Origin: Phoronis australis
Taxonomy: Eukaryota > Animalia > Phoronida
Assembly (NCBI GenBank): GCA_002633005.1
Contig: NMRA01000061.1
Span: 110,568-174,567 of the forward strand
Length of the DNA stretch: 64,000 bases
Reading direction: 5' to 3'
Shown here: positions 33,801 through 43,384 of the stretch, in pieces
Layout of the letters: each line of letters opens with the position of its first letter
Numbering within the stretch: the stretch's first letter is position 1
Made by a program: the position numbers and the translations under genes
Notes under the pieces: model-generated
Database searches by the model: none
What the model saw: only the letters and a program-made list of their open reading frames with translations
What the model was told of the DNA's origin: nothing

Positions 33801-36453
33801 TCAGACGACACCTTAACACAGTTTTGTTAACTTTCTTTTTTTATGGACGAAGTTCAACGTCTTTTTAACATGTAAAAGACAATCCACTGGAAAATTGGTG
33901 TAACTAGAAATCTTTTCAAGATTTTGCTTGACCCTGGAAAATTCCAACTTTAGCTAACTACTTAATGAGATAATCATATCTCAGAAGTAGCCTATCAAAT
34001 TCAAATGAAACTTTCTGATACTATGTTTTGTACATTGTTTTCTAAACAGCTTCAGTAATTGTCTATAAAACTAAAATTTAACTCAGCAAAAGTTTATTAT
34101 ATTTTTTAATAGCTGAAATTCCGTAGAATTTGATCTTTATACCAGGCTGCCACTGATGAGGTCACGTGACTTTGCTTTTTAAGAAATTTAGCAAAAAGGA
34201 AAAGTACATTCGTAGCAAAACAACAGGATCAATAACACGACCAAATTCCGTATGATGTAAATGTTGAAGATGAAATCTCAAAAGTGCTGTTACAGTTCTC
34301 TGAATTATCCGTTTTGTTTTGATCAATCTATGCAACTTTATTTTTACATAAAAGTTGATAGCCCCTACTAACAGTGTTTTAGAGAGCAGTGTGAAAATCA
34401 AGGCATTTGAGAGTTTTATGCCAATCTGACCAGCCGTTTCTGAGATCTGATGTTGGCCAAATTATGTTGGCCAAATTTGGACATTTTTCTAGGGTCTTAC
34501 ATAAACTCAAAAATTGGATTTTTGTAAAGACACGGCAGTTGGTTTCGAGGAAAAATATTAGAAAACTGTATATCAGCGCTTTTGAGATTTGATCTGGAAC
34601 ATTTATATTAAAAGAAAGTTGGTCGTGTTTTTATAGTGTTGTTTTGCTGGGAATGTATCCTACGTTTTTGCTTAATTTTACTAGAAAGACATGGTCACAT
34701 GACCCATTTAATGGGTGATTGGTGTAAAGTCAAATGACACGTGACAATCGCAATTAAAACCATTTTATGCTGCCGTCGTGGAAGGACTTTCTCTTAGTAT
34801 GGGATTAGGCACCAGTATTATAATAGATGTCTGTCCTAATTAAGTCACAAAATAGTTTCCATGAAAACCAATGCGACTACCTAATGAATGTTCTGTTGAG
34901 TTTCTTATTAGCAAAAAGAGGTTAATTGACCGGGATCTGTTTATATCAAGATAGCCAAGTATGCTTGTCTGCGGTTTTCAAGACAGTCTTTCCGGTTCAT
35001 GTTGGATGATATTTTTAAATATCATCTTTGTTAAAACGTATTTTAGCATTTACCATTTCGGTTAAAACCAATTTTCAGGTGATGCCCCATATCTTACAAA
35101 ACTAATTATTAACAATCAGTTGAACTTCATCGATTTTGACGAATTGTTTGTAAAATAGCTAATGTATATGTGCATATATGTATATATATGTAATTGCAAT
35201 TTCCCTGTTCTAATGATACGTTTCGAGATGGTTGAATTGAAACATTGTGTTAGAAACAAACCTAAACTGTATCTTCAATCAATAGGATATATGACGTGAC
35301 TAATCCCAGTGTTCACAATTGTTAATTTCACAGAGAGACGTTGAATATCTCAAAGAACTGTTCCGTCAAACCTTCATGGAGTATGTCTACCCGCTGCTAC
35401 ATTGTTCCAGCATCCCCCCTGCAGTTGTTGGGGATGCCGAGAATGAAAGGGTGAGGTTCACTGTTTTAAGTCAGTCGCCAGGTGGCAAGACCGTCTCATC
35501 CACAAGACAGTTCCCCTGGAACTACCAAACAACATGTAGAAATCAACGACATTTCGTGTGCCGCTCAAAAAGAAGATAAGACAGTTTGAGATGGTTTGCC
35601 GTGGCACATCCGTGGCAAATTAGAGTGGCATTAACTCACCTTATTTTAGATTTAAATTTTTTTCTGACCAAAGCAGAAATCAAAGCTAAATAAAATTGCC
35701 ATTGAACTACATACGAATGGTAGTGAAGTAGCTTGGCTTTATTTATGAATCCAGAATGTGCGCAAGCTCCCTACAAGTCCCACGCACGGCAGTTTGGAAA
35801 TCATAGTTTGAGCTCACGTGTTGTGGTTGAATCCTTTGCTTTTTGATTCTTTGATAAGAGGAGTTTTCGTGCTAAATAACAGTAGTAAACAAAACTTAAA
35901 TGTGATGAGACAAAATACGGTTAATTCTGTTAACAACAAAGATTACTGGTAATAACTATTAGGGCAGCAAAATTCTAATTTCAGATTGGCTTAGGCAAGG
36001 TTTACTAACTTAACATTCTCGAACACGAGCGAAGACTACTCTGAGGATATATTCGGCTTCCCCCCAGCGGTCATGACGGGGAATTCCCGGCCATTTTGTG
36101 TGAATACTTTTGGCTTGTGCTATAGTGCTGTGTGGGACTTTATGAAGGATTTCAAATTTGTGGGATTATCTTGAATTCTAGTGAAATCATGGAAAAAACG
36201 GAGATTATGAATTGGCCAGCGAAAAACACCTGTACAGGTAACTGTTGTATTTAGTGGAGTGAAATCGAGGATTTGCTAAAAAATACTCTCATCTTAACAG
36301 GTCCGAAAAGAAGAAATTTCCAAGATCATGGCAAAGAAAACACAAGCCCAGTCTATTGTGGCCGCCCTTCTTTCACAAGACATTGTATTTCAACCGTTTG
36401 AAGTGAAGGAGCTGTCGTTTGACCCTATAGGACCTTACTGTAACAATGGGTAG
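803..36453 (+). CDS. NPHP1: Nephrocystin-1 orthologue, multi-exon gene span (5' partial; 21 coding exons)
   Basis: The spliced translation matches recalled NPHP1 motifs: SH3 (YEAISDYQAREKGDLSFDEGE...DGWWEAENEEGERGLVPSTYL), [56 protein letters not shown] and PFEVKELSFD. All introns are GT-AG, phases are consistent, and the total is 2091 nt. Confidence 0.95.
906..1286. mobile_element. PIF/Harbinger-type MITE, copy 1
   Basis: ~40-bp imperfect TIRs starting GGCCCGGTCTC; near-identical inverted copy at 46985-47385. Confidence 0.75.
2064..2124 (+). CDS. NPHP1: NPHP1 exon (CENVSSGITRLHKKVQKLTK)
   Basis: tttag/gtaaaa; resembles human [21 protein letters not shown]. Confidence 0.85.
2406..2480 (+). 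CDS. NPHP1: NPHP1 exon (VDEPGKVSDFEGKKEAELKRLVGLK)
   Basis: cacag/gtaatg, phase 0-0; resembles human ADESAPVANYNQRKEEE. Confidence 0.85.
2850..3027 (+). CDS. NPHP1: NPHP1 exon, end of coiled coil plus first acidic tract
   Basis: ttccag/gtacac, phase 0-1; ERVDKLSNQL...EDEDEEDEDEEEEEEDNDYDDE. Confidence 0.85.
3291..3620 (+). mobile_element. Degenerate THAP-domain transposase 5' fragment (ISL2EU/Harbinger-like DNA transposon left arm)
   Basis: Frame from 3419 reads FTIPKDVGIRKHWVLAIRRDEGKYVRV (THAP FPxDxxxRxxW core); stops and frameshifts on both sides. Confidence 0.6.
4261..4422. mobile_element. Small GC-rich MITE
   Basis: Termini CAGGGGGGATTCAG...AAATCTGGCACTG, flanked by 5-bp direct repeat TGTTC. 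Confidence 0.5.
4790..10127 (+). CDS. Intronic same-strand multi-exon coding unit (~770 aa, Ser/Lys/Pro-rich), nested gene or alternative NPHP1 exons
   Basis: Exons 4790-4863, 5121-5182, 5636-5725, 6022-6393, 6955-7149, 7931-8032, 8389-8592, 8805-9995 and 10099-10127 splice GT-AG into one stop-free 2319-nt frame. The first two exons and the C-terminus are less certain. Confidence 0.72.
5636..5725 (+). CDS. Nested-unit exon (SDNPNDQGRYLGHLCTNQNNRSLTKKRRK)
   Basis: ~100-nt polypyrimidine tract plus cag, gtagga donor, 90 nt, phase 1-1, basic KKRRK cluster. Confidence 0.65.
6022..6393 (+). CDS. Nested-unit exon (LTIMGYFMWRK...RRSRVSFSSEP...GSTK)
   Basis: ctaat branch-like site plus tgtag acceptor, gtagct donor, 372 nt, phase 1-1; part of ORF 5985-6434. 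Confidence 0.75.
6955..7149 (+). CDS. Nested-unit exon (KDDVNRIGK...VRPYPVQ...TSTP)
   Basis: ttttcttctgtaag acceptor (in-frame alternative at 6961), gtattt donor, 195 nt, phase 1-1. Confidence 0.7.
7931..8032 (+). CDS. Nested-unit exon (PGDDVQFDFESPAVNKTSPKSILKYRNWGQDLR)
   Basis: ttgtag/gtaata, 102 nt, phase 1-1. Confidence 0.72.
8389..8592 (+). CDS. Nested-unit exon (QKYGKSEASG...SRSRSSSPDKMSAKAVA)
   Basis: AT-rich tract plus aag acceptor, gtattt donor, 204 nt open in phase 1-1. Confidence 0.7.
8805..9995 (+). CDS. Nested-unit large exon (397 codons, S/K/P/Q-rich, internal repeats)
   Basis: Longest ORF in the window (8720-10027); ttgtag/gtagtc, 1191 nt, phase 1-1. Confidence 0.82.
10508..10644 (+). 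CDS. NPHP1: NPHP1 exon, second acidic tract
   Basis: cttag/gtactt, phase 1-0; DAEEDGDYDDEDDEEEEEDDDDEEEYETEEEGTASDGDAMSVEVTK. Confidence 0.8.
10655..11000 (-). mobile_element. 3' fragment of an L2/CR1-group LINE
   Basis: Minus strand reads FAFGAV..WNH (RT C-terminus-like), then a terminal hairpin GGGACCACTT...AAGTGGTCACCC and an A-rich tail. Confidence 0.45.
12605..12622 (+). CDS. NPHP1: NPHP1 18-nt microexon (ELEFEP)
   Basis: ttttcatcttgtag acceptor and perfect gtaagt donor, phase 0-0, just before the SH3 exon. Confidence 0.6.
13774..13868 (+). CDS. NPHP1: NPHP1 SH3 exon 1
   Basis: VVKYEAISDYQAREKGDLSFDEGEILTLIQI; cag/gtaaga. Confidence 0.92.
14188..14678. mobile_element. Putative MITE
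   Basis: Inverted termini CCTGGTTTTCC/GGAAAACCAGG. Confidence 0.4.
14859..14962 (+). CDS. NPHP1: NPHP1 SH3 exon 2
   Basis: DDGWWEAENEEGERGLVPSTYLKEY; tgcag/gtaagc. Confidence 0.93.
16122..16385. repeat. C/T low-complexity polypyrimidine tract (~260 bp)
   Basis: Nearly pure C/T; source of the overlapping spurious ORFs. Confidence 0.9.
16457..16542 (+). CDS. NPHP1: NPHP1 exon (DTTQEE...LWKTIKNAVKE)
   Basis: Resembles human HWSAVQKAISE; phase 1-0. Confidence 0.85.
17056..17235 (+). CDS. NPHP1: NPHP1 exon ([22 protein letters not shown]...DPATNK)
   Basis: Diagnostic GAxPxGFRPSTL motif; tgcag/gtacta. Confidence 0.95.
17773..17848 (+). CDS. NPHP1: NPHP1 exon (IRSRPVRVQKVIQLVNCRQIPL)
   Basis: Matches human [22 protein letters not shown]; ttcag/gtacag. 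Confidence 0.9.
18757..18809 (+). CDS. NPHP1: NPHP1 exon ([17 protein letters not shown])
   Basis: Matches human VLSRHVRLCLFDG; tttcag/gtaagt. Confidence 0.92.
19591..19662 (+). CDS. NPHP1: NPHP1 exon (VLSNIQVVRA...TWTFTAK)
   Basis: Matches human VLSNIHTVRA...TWTF; aacag/gtaggc. Confidence 0.92.
21138..21242 (+). CDS. NPHP1: NPHP1 exon (FIRSNMTNKNVGILFELSLIY)
   Basis: Matches human FIRSN...LGILFELGISY; tttag/gtaagt. Confidence 0.92.
21831..21913 (+). CDS. NPHP1: NPHP1 exon (KSELSCGWTLLPLF)
   Basis: ELSCGW motif; tgcag/gtaatt. Confidence 0.92.
23008..23084 (+). CDS. NPHP1: NPHP1 exon ([25 protein letters not shown])
   Basis: Near-identical to human [18 protein letters not shown]; tttag/gtgagt. 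Confidence 0.95.
25630..25729 (+). CDS. NPHP1: NPHP1 exon (STNPIKSLISRNKQPRMSIKV...)
   Basis: tacag/gtaagt; phase 1-2 fits both neighbours; conserved QP motif. Confidence 0.88.
26843..27029 (+). CDS. NPHP1: NPHP1 exon (TLPDVLVGSMC...LMDALR)
   Basis: Matches human LPETLIGNMC...FYRQILGDVLLKDR...VMDALR; tgcag/gtgagt. Confidence 0.95.
27873..28245. mobile_element. Tc1/mariner-type MITE
   Basis: TIR CAGGGTGTCCCAAAAA/TTTTTGGGACACCCTG with TA TSD on both sides. Confidence 0.85.
28842..28886 (+). CDS. NPHP1: NPHP1 exon (NGWTEKLKTAKRSDK)
   Basis: Matches human SSWAGKESTLKRSEK; tacag/gtttgt. Confidence 0.88.
28951..29100. repeat. Direct tandem duplication, ~75 bp x2
   Basis: gttgttttttt...tcaagctttgctcattt...tttttcttcctc occurs twice. 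Confidence 0.85.
29586..29858 (+). mobile_element. tRNA-derived SINE
   Basis: A-box TAGCCGAGTGG, B-box GGATTCAATCC, central GTGCCCTGTATCAAGACGGTTAACC core-like segment, tail ending GATTTACTTT. Confidence 0.65.
30973..31081. mobile_element. 109-bp pogo-type MITE
   Basis: TIR GGGGAGACCAGGGCGAGTTG/CAACTTACCCTGGTCTTCCC with TA TSD. Confidence 0.7.
31890..32060 (+). repeat. Dispersed repeat family member (also ~25050-25195 and ~33900-34520)
   Basis: Shared core ATCxGAxCAGCCxTTxCTGAGxTATGATGTT...TTTCTxGGGTCCTACATAA; possibly Helentron-associated, class not certain. Confidence 0.55.
33286..33394. repeat. 22-bp minisatellite x5 (AAAAATAAGTTAAACTTAATCT)
   Basis: Four perfect copies and one degenerate copy; unit contains the palindrome TAAGTT-A-AACTTA. 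Confidence 0.92.
35334..35450 (+). CDS. NPHP1: NPHP1 exon (RDVEYLKELF...VYPLLH)
   Basis: Matches human RDKEFLKSTF...VLPLLH; cacag/gtgagg. Confidence 0.93.
36301..36453 (+). CDS. NPHP1: NPHP1 last coding exon (...AALLSQDIVFQPFEVKELSFDPIGPYCNNG*)
   Basis: aacag acceptor; matches human [20 protein letters not shown]; TAG at 36451-36453. Confidence 0.92.
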   Translation, partial: VRKEEISKIMAKKTQAQSIVAALLSQDIVFQPFEVKELSFDPIGPYCNNG

Positions 36454-36885
36454 AAGTGCAATCTGTCATCTAACATTCTCATGGAAAGCTATCTCTTGAA
36501 CGGCTGTGGAGTCGCGATGTTGTTTGGCGTTGTTTTGGCTGACGTTCTACAATCTGTCTTCAGGGCAAAGTTGTCAAGAAAGAATTAAATTTTTTCGCCA
36601 GGCATTTTAAAATAAGAATTGTTTGACAAATGTCATACGTTTGACTAATATTTTCATCTCAGATTTAAACAAAGAGAACTACATGAAAACCTTGTCTCAT
36701 TACACACAATACAAGGTTCCGATTTCTTGGTAGGCATTCAGTTCTCATTGAGAGCTTTCATGCTCCTGATAGTATTTGTCTGGTCATTATTTGTCCATTT
36801 GTATATACATTCATCACTTATTATTGGCATTTATCTTGTAGCCATGGTTATCGTTGCAAGTGCAAAAGTAAACCTGATTTTAGAA

Positions 36886-36891
36886 AATAAA
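36886..36891 (+). terminator. Candidate NPHP1 polyadenylation signal AATAAA
   Basis: AATAAA ~430 nt after the stop, followed by T/GT-rich sequence. Confidence 0.5.
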
Positions 36892-38829
36892 CGTTACTTC
36901 CTGTTATATGTAATTCTGTGTATCATACAGGGGGCAACGAATGTCGGGTCAGTGTCGGGTGGCAAAAGCTTTCTAAGTTTAACTACAAAAGCATGTCTGG
37001 GATTTTTAAAGTCTTAGCTGTCCAAAAAGACTTCAGTCTTTATTTTTAACAATGCACTTTTCGGGAACTCTTTTTAGTCAAAAGTTAACCTAAAGAAAAT
37101 AAACAAAACGGAATTTGCAAGTTTCATTCGAAAAAAGCCGTGCTTGTGGAACTTACGGTGGCCTCCTTGAAAAATCTAAGATTTTTTAAGAGAATGCGAA
37201 TATCTGGGCATTATTTTGTGCTCATTATAAGAGTTTTGGATCATTAAGGATTTTAAATTTTCATTTTTGGTTTTTTATCCCATACACGTTGAGTCAGTCG
37301 AGTGCTATAGTGTGATATTTTTTCCGTATTCACTTTTCGCACAACTTCAATAGTCCATGTCGACTCGACGTCTTTAGCCGGTTCAATCATCAAGCTCGGG
37401 GAGGGGGCTCGAATTCTTGACGTCGTGGACCTTTTGCTAACAAAACAACGGGCGGTCTATAAATTAAAGAAAAAAAAACGGAAGCACCACTGTGATGTGC
37501 GCGTTTGCGCTTATTTAGTGGACTTTTGTCCCATTTTCTCTGACTTTTTGTCGCTCAGGGGCGGACCTGTTTTTGCCCACTTCGCCAAATTGGCCCCCCC
37601 CCCCCTGGGTGCGTGCGTGCAAGCTACCTTTCACGTTGTTGGTTTTCTTTGTGATGTGTCAATTGGAAGTGCTGTTCGGTGGTAAACGGCTTAGCTATGG
37701 TCTATGGCGGGATTTTATGAGAAACGCTGAACCGAACGGAAGCAGGGNNNNNNNNGGGGGGGGGGGGGGGGGGGGGTCACTTAAATTAACAAGGACAAGT
37801 TGCCGCGCGGGCACTAGTCGGATGTAACGGACCCAAATTTAGAGAGCCAGTTCCATCCACTAAATGAAGGCCGTTATTCAGCGATTAGTGCCGGTACCCG
37901 TAGGCGCCGCTGTTCCAAAAACTACATGGGTAGGTGGTACTTTGTCAACAAATTTTGTGGGGCCCAATAGCCCCATAGATTTCTAATTTTTTAGTTGTAA
38001 AAGGCCTACTGCTTTGGCCTCAGACCTCGAAAAGCGCTATGCCGGTCGTCCCACAGAAATCCTACCTTGCAAAAAGGGGTGGGAATTGACTTGCCTGGTT
38101 CCTGTAATGGGGGTCTCTCAACAATTTTTGGTACATGTATGTAAGCACCTTGTCAATGTGAGGGGGAACGCAATTTGATGAAGTGCAGCAAACATTGGAT
38201 TCTGTATATAACATGGTAGCATTGGTGTAGTAACTTATCTAAACAATCTGGTGCGTATGTTACAAGGGGAAATGTTTGCAGCAACACTTGTAGGGTGAGC
38301 AAACCAAAATGACTACTTCGTCAGAAACTCGAAAATGATTCCAAATGATAGATTTTGACTTGCCAGTTGCAACAGGATGCTCTGAATATGGCAAAATTTA
38401 TCATTTTTGTAGGGCTTCGCTTAACCTTGAAAACTGAATTTATTCTTGACCTGTCCAAATGGAGGTAGGCCCTATCCCACATTGAGGGAATTGGTCATGT
38501 CTTGAAGCCGGTAGGCATGATGAAAACGATAAGTAGGCATCCAAAACAAACGCACCTTCAGTGTTACAGGGATCATGGGTGCACTCTGCAGTTAAAAAGC
38601 TTGAAGTTGTGTGAATTTGGCTTTATTCTCCATCTAGTATTCTCTGAAAGCAAGATGGTGCTAAGTGATTAGAAACATCAACGGATGTAGTTTTCATTTA
38701 TTTACAGTTTTTAGTGCACCCCTCAAGTTTTTGGTTGTATAAATCTGAAGAAGGTATTTAAGGTTATACGTTGGATATTATAATTTCGTGCTGAATCATA
38801 AATATTAAAAATGTGAATAACTTGTTACT

Positions 38830-38900
38830 GTTCTTTTGATTGTTCTTCTTTTGATCGTTCTTGTTTTGATTGTTCTTGTTTTGATTGTTCTTGTTTTACT
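38830..38900. repeat. 15-bp tandem repeat (TTGATTGTTCTTGTT) x~4
   Basis: Read directly from the sequence. Confidence 0.8.
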
Positions 38901-39051
38901 CGATCCTAATAGAGTAAACACATTTGTTTTGTTTTTGTTAGTGTTATTGCCCAGTTCATATGCAAATTGTTATTGACTGATCCTTCTATGACCTGCTGTT
39001 TTTCTTGAATTATGACTTGATCCTGGTATAAGTTGTTGTAAATTAATTGTT

Positions 39052-39337
39052 GTCTTGCTTGTTGCACGACCTGTTGTTGAAGTTTGACATAACCATTGTG
39101 TAAGTTCTTTTTTAAATGTGTCTTGCTCTTTGCACGACTTCACTTGCTGAATTGTGTGTTGCTTGTAGCACGACCATTTGGTAATTTGGGTCTTGCTTTT
39201 TGCACCACTTGGTGAATTGTCTTGCTTGTTGCACGACCTGCTGTTGAATTTTGACTTAACCCTTGTATAATTTGTTTTTGAATTGTGTCTTGCTCTTTGC
39301 ACAACTTTTTGAATTAAGTCTTCCTTGTTGCACGACC
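39052..39337. repeat. Array of seven 19-bp quasi-palindromic motifs GTCTTGCTTGTTGCACGAC
   Basis: Seven degenerate copies with ~10-50 bp spacers; higher-order ~167-bp duplication. Confidence 0.8.
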
Positions 39338-39974
39338 TGTAGGTGATTTTATGTCATGTAAAATTTTCAGATTTCTGGTCTTCAGTTGAATGATAATTAC
39401 TTACTCTCTTGTAGTCTTTCATGAATTTTGTCGAAATTGTTACCTTTCCTCCAGATTTTCAATTCATAAGCTGATCCAATATCCTAACCCTTCAATTTGT
39501 TTTTTCAGGATGCAATTGATCACATTTTTGTTTAAGTTTCATTTATATCAGTAATTATGTCTTTACCAGTAAGCTTATGTTGTCTGAAGAGTCCCCTGTT
39601 AGCTCTAAACCGAAGTCTATACCTTTTCGTCACCGGCATGGTGTTGTAAACCCTTCCATTCCTTTCGCTTCCTCTTCTTATGTTACAACTAATTACATGT
39701 CTAATTCGTTTTCCGAATTGAGTCTGTTTACCCCCTTCTTCTCGTTCTGTTCATTCTTCGTTGTTGCCGTAGTCTGCCTCACATGACTTTGGAGGAAGAA
39801 ACTCTTACTCCGGTGTAGAATTTCTCAATTCAACGTACATTTTTTATTTAAGTAGTGAGTGCGAAGGAAGTGACCTTACAATTAAACCACATCTATAATT
39901 GTAATTTGAGTGGATGTGGCAATCTCAATGACTGAATTGCAAGACACCATGAAATGAAAGACTTCCAGTGAACT

Positions 39975-42424
39975 TTTTTGTACATTTATTGCCCAGACAA
40001 AAGCACAAAAGCCAGTCTGAGGTTGGGGCCTCAGTTCCTGGATTAACAAAAGTATATTAAATTTAACTAGTTAAATGCATTTATCGTCATTATTTTGACA
40101 TTTGTCTCTTTATTTTGATACCAGTCCTTAGGGTTTATTTTGCATTACTCATCTCTATTTATAGCCTCAAGGGCCTACTTTTGTATTCATACATTTCTCT
40201 ACGCGACACCTGATTGGTCGTCCATATTTCCTTTGTTCAGTTCAACGTGGTCTCTCTCATTCAGCCACCTACTTCGTCGTCTACAAGACCTACGTTCGTT
40301 CTCTGCATTTTTTCCCCACCCCCCATCCGGGTGTCGGTTCCACTTTCTCTTTTCTCATATACATTTCCTGTTAGGTTTTTTCAAGTTTTGTGTTCATGTT
40401 CTGTACTTTTCCTTTAAGCCCTTAAGGCAGTTCTTTTATTTTGTTCCCTCTTTCAAGGCTATTCATTGTACACGCCGGTGGGCGTTTTGTCCATGGCCAT
40501 CTTGCAGAGTCTTAGTTAGTTTTATCTATTTACGTCATAATAAATGACAATATTCTCAATCCTCCTCTTGTTTTACTTTGCAACATAGCTCGTGGCGTAC
40601 CCCGGGCAAAATAGATTTTGATAAATAGTATTAACTAATAAATATATAAGGCAATAAAATGCAACTGAAAAGGGGAAAGGGGAGCGGGGGAAGGACTTTC
40701 ACGCGCCATTCATACACACACTCCCACCGTGCTGATAAGATGTCTGATGAAATTACGTGCTACATGTATATAAATACATACAAACATAAATACATATAAA
40801 AATAATATCAGTACAAGTTTGACCATTTCTAGAATACTAATTAAAAGCATGCGTGCAGACCTCTCCATTTATCCATATTTGCGTCCGAGGTATCTGTTAA
40901 AATTGTGTTTATCAAAGTTTGTAATTTCAACTTGAAATCGTTAAAAAAGACAGGCCTTTGATGTCTGATAAATGAAGTAAAGTGCAAGTGTATTAATGGT
41001 ATTGCAAATTAATTTGTGACTTGGGTTAGAGTTTTGAACAAAATCTAATATGTCCCAAATCGTAAACATGTATTGAGTATTTCGGGCTTTATTTAAGAGT
41101 GATTGCACTGATTCCCAGAAAGTCCTGACACATGTGCAATAATAAAACATATGAGGTAAAGCCTGTAACTAATCACAATAGGGGCACTAATCAGTTTGGA
41201 CCACCCCTACGTTGTATAAAGTGATATCTGTAAACATTGTTCTATGGGTAAAGAGGTACCTGAAGTTTTTCAATTCTGGATTCATGGGGAGGGTAAAGGG
41301 TAAAAAATAAATTCCTCTAATTTCTCTTTCATTATAATAATTACTTAAACGCACATAATTGTCGGGTTTTTGTGCAAAAGTATGCATAGTACAATTTTAA
41401 ACCAATCTTTACTACAACTGCTATAATTAATTAAATGAAAGTTGTTACAACCAATAGATCTTGCTTCTAGTTCACCAAGATGCTTCCTCAATGCACTAAC
41501 AACAACATTGTATTGGAATATACAAAAATTCTTGAGATGTTATTTATTTTTGATTTAGTCCCAACTAAGAATTTTGTTTTCATTATCTACAAAATCTTCG
41601 CAAAATAACAGTCCAGCGTCAAACATTTCCCGACAAAATACTGATTTATTACTAAGTAAAATGTTTTGATTATTCCACAACACTTGTTTGTTTAGTGTTA
41701 ATAGGAATATTCGTAAGAACTTCTATATTCAAAGGCTTAAAGCTTTTCAGCACTTCAGTATAAAAGAAATTGTTAATTGACATTTTCAAATTTCTTGAAC
41801 GGAAATTTGAGAAGAAAATACATGTACATATGCACAACTGTAATCGTACGGCAATTGTAATGCAAACCATGTTGCAAAAGTTTTTTTTCATGACCATTTC
41901 ATTGTAAAAATGATGTCTAATTGGAACCGACAAGCCAATTTTTCATTTTGTGGTGGTTATTTTTGATAAGAACATTGATGTGGTACATACAGCTTCTTCC
42001 AGTTTGTGAAGAAGAGATTTTCAGTGTTGTCAGCAATATTGCGAAATCTTTTTTTCGCAGTGAGACTACATCACCTTAAATGTGTCCCTGACTTTATGGG
42101 ATTTGTGTGGTTAAGACTCCGTCCTGTAGCAATTGGAGTGTTGAAAAGATCTAGAAGGCAATTTTTTAGTATTAGATTCATAACATTTGCACTTTGGACT
42201 GTACAATTATCTTTGTATTGTATTATGAAAACATATTTTGTAGTATACAAGTCCCTGGTTGGTGTTTTATATTTTTTCACAAGGAATATTTCAAACTTAG
42301 ATGAGTTGTCTGTGAGGTAGGCAACTTTCAAATAAGATAAGGAATAAAGTTGTCAAACATTGTTTTATTTTTTAGATATATGATCTTCCAATAAGTAACT
42401 ACTTTTAAAAAACTATTGCAGGAT
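39975..42424 (-). mobile_element. Degenerate Tx1/L1-like LINE, copy A
   Basis: ORF2 C-terminal remnants (LKNFRYLFTHR, zf-RVT-like, RTFWESVQ), 3' hairpin and AATAAA; many stops. Confidence 0.75.
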
Positions 42425-42445
42425 TTGATTCTTACTCTTCATTTA

Positions 42446-42840
42446 NGAAGGCGAGAACGAAAACGCCTACCGGCGTGTAATCGGTGAAACGCCTGTCCGA
42501 CGAGGACCCGACGGACGTCGTAGGCAATTAACAAGAAACGGGCGAAAGAAACGAGGTGGGAGGCCAAGGCGTGGGGTGAGATGGTGGTGGAGTGGAGGTC
42601 ATTCCCTCCGATCTGGAGAAAAACGAGGTCAGGAGAGGAACGGGGAAGGGAACGGGTGGCCGGTTGGATGGACTTAGGGCCGGGGAGAAGGGTCCCGCCC
42701 GATATGCCCAGGGACGAAATAGTGACCTGGGAAGGGCGGAAGCCGTAGTTATTAAGGTAGCGGGCCTGGGGAGCGTCGGACACGAAGTTGTGAAGCCAAC
42801 GAACGTAGGAACTGCCAAGGATGAGAACATGGGGCGACAT
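42446..42840 (-). CDS. SGNH/GDSL hydrolase-like ORF, 3'-truncated, probably retroelement-derived (Ngaro/DIRS or LINE ORF1 esterase type)
   Basis: Block I VLILGSSYV, block II GISGG, block III PDLVFLQIGGNDL; block V DxxH is absent because the ORF ends at an N; GC-rich. Confidence 0.65.
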
Positions 42841-43384
42841 AGGTATAACGTGAATAAAAAGGTTGGTTAAAATCAGAAAAACGGGACTTACCTCGAAAAG
42901 GACGAAGGAAAGCAGGAAGGAGAAGTGACAGAGCGTCGCACCCGAACGGAGTAAGGGTCAAAGGTCGAAAGGAAACGAAGTGATCATGTCTTTACCAGTA
43001 AGCTTATGTTGTCTGAAGAGTCCTTTGTTAGCTCTAAACCGAAGTCTATACCTTTTCGTCACCGGCATGGTGTTGTAAACCTTTCCATTCCTTTCGCTTC
43101 TTCTTCTTATGTTACAACTAATTACATATCTAATTCGTTTTCCCCTTCTTCTCGTTCTGTTTATTCTTCGTTGTTGCCGTCGTCTGCCTCAAATGACTTT
43201 GGAGGAAGAAACTCTTACTCCGGTGTAGGATTTCTCAATCCAACGTACATTTTTTATTTAAGCAGTGAGTACGAAGGAAGTGACCTTACAATTAAACCAC
43301 ATCTATAATTGTAATTTGAGTGGAGGTGGCAATCTCAATGACAGAATTGCAAGACACCACGAAAGTAAAGATTTCCAGTGAACT

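Noticed and set aside
37330-37920. GC-rich region with poly-G/poly-C as the promoter of a downstream gene
   Set aside because: Contains an N gap and MITE-like termini; no downstream exons identified
39052-39337. Spaced palindromic repeats as a CRISPR array
   Set aside because: Degenerate repeats, variable-length mutually related spacers, no leader or cas genes; kept only as a repeat array
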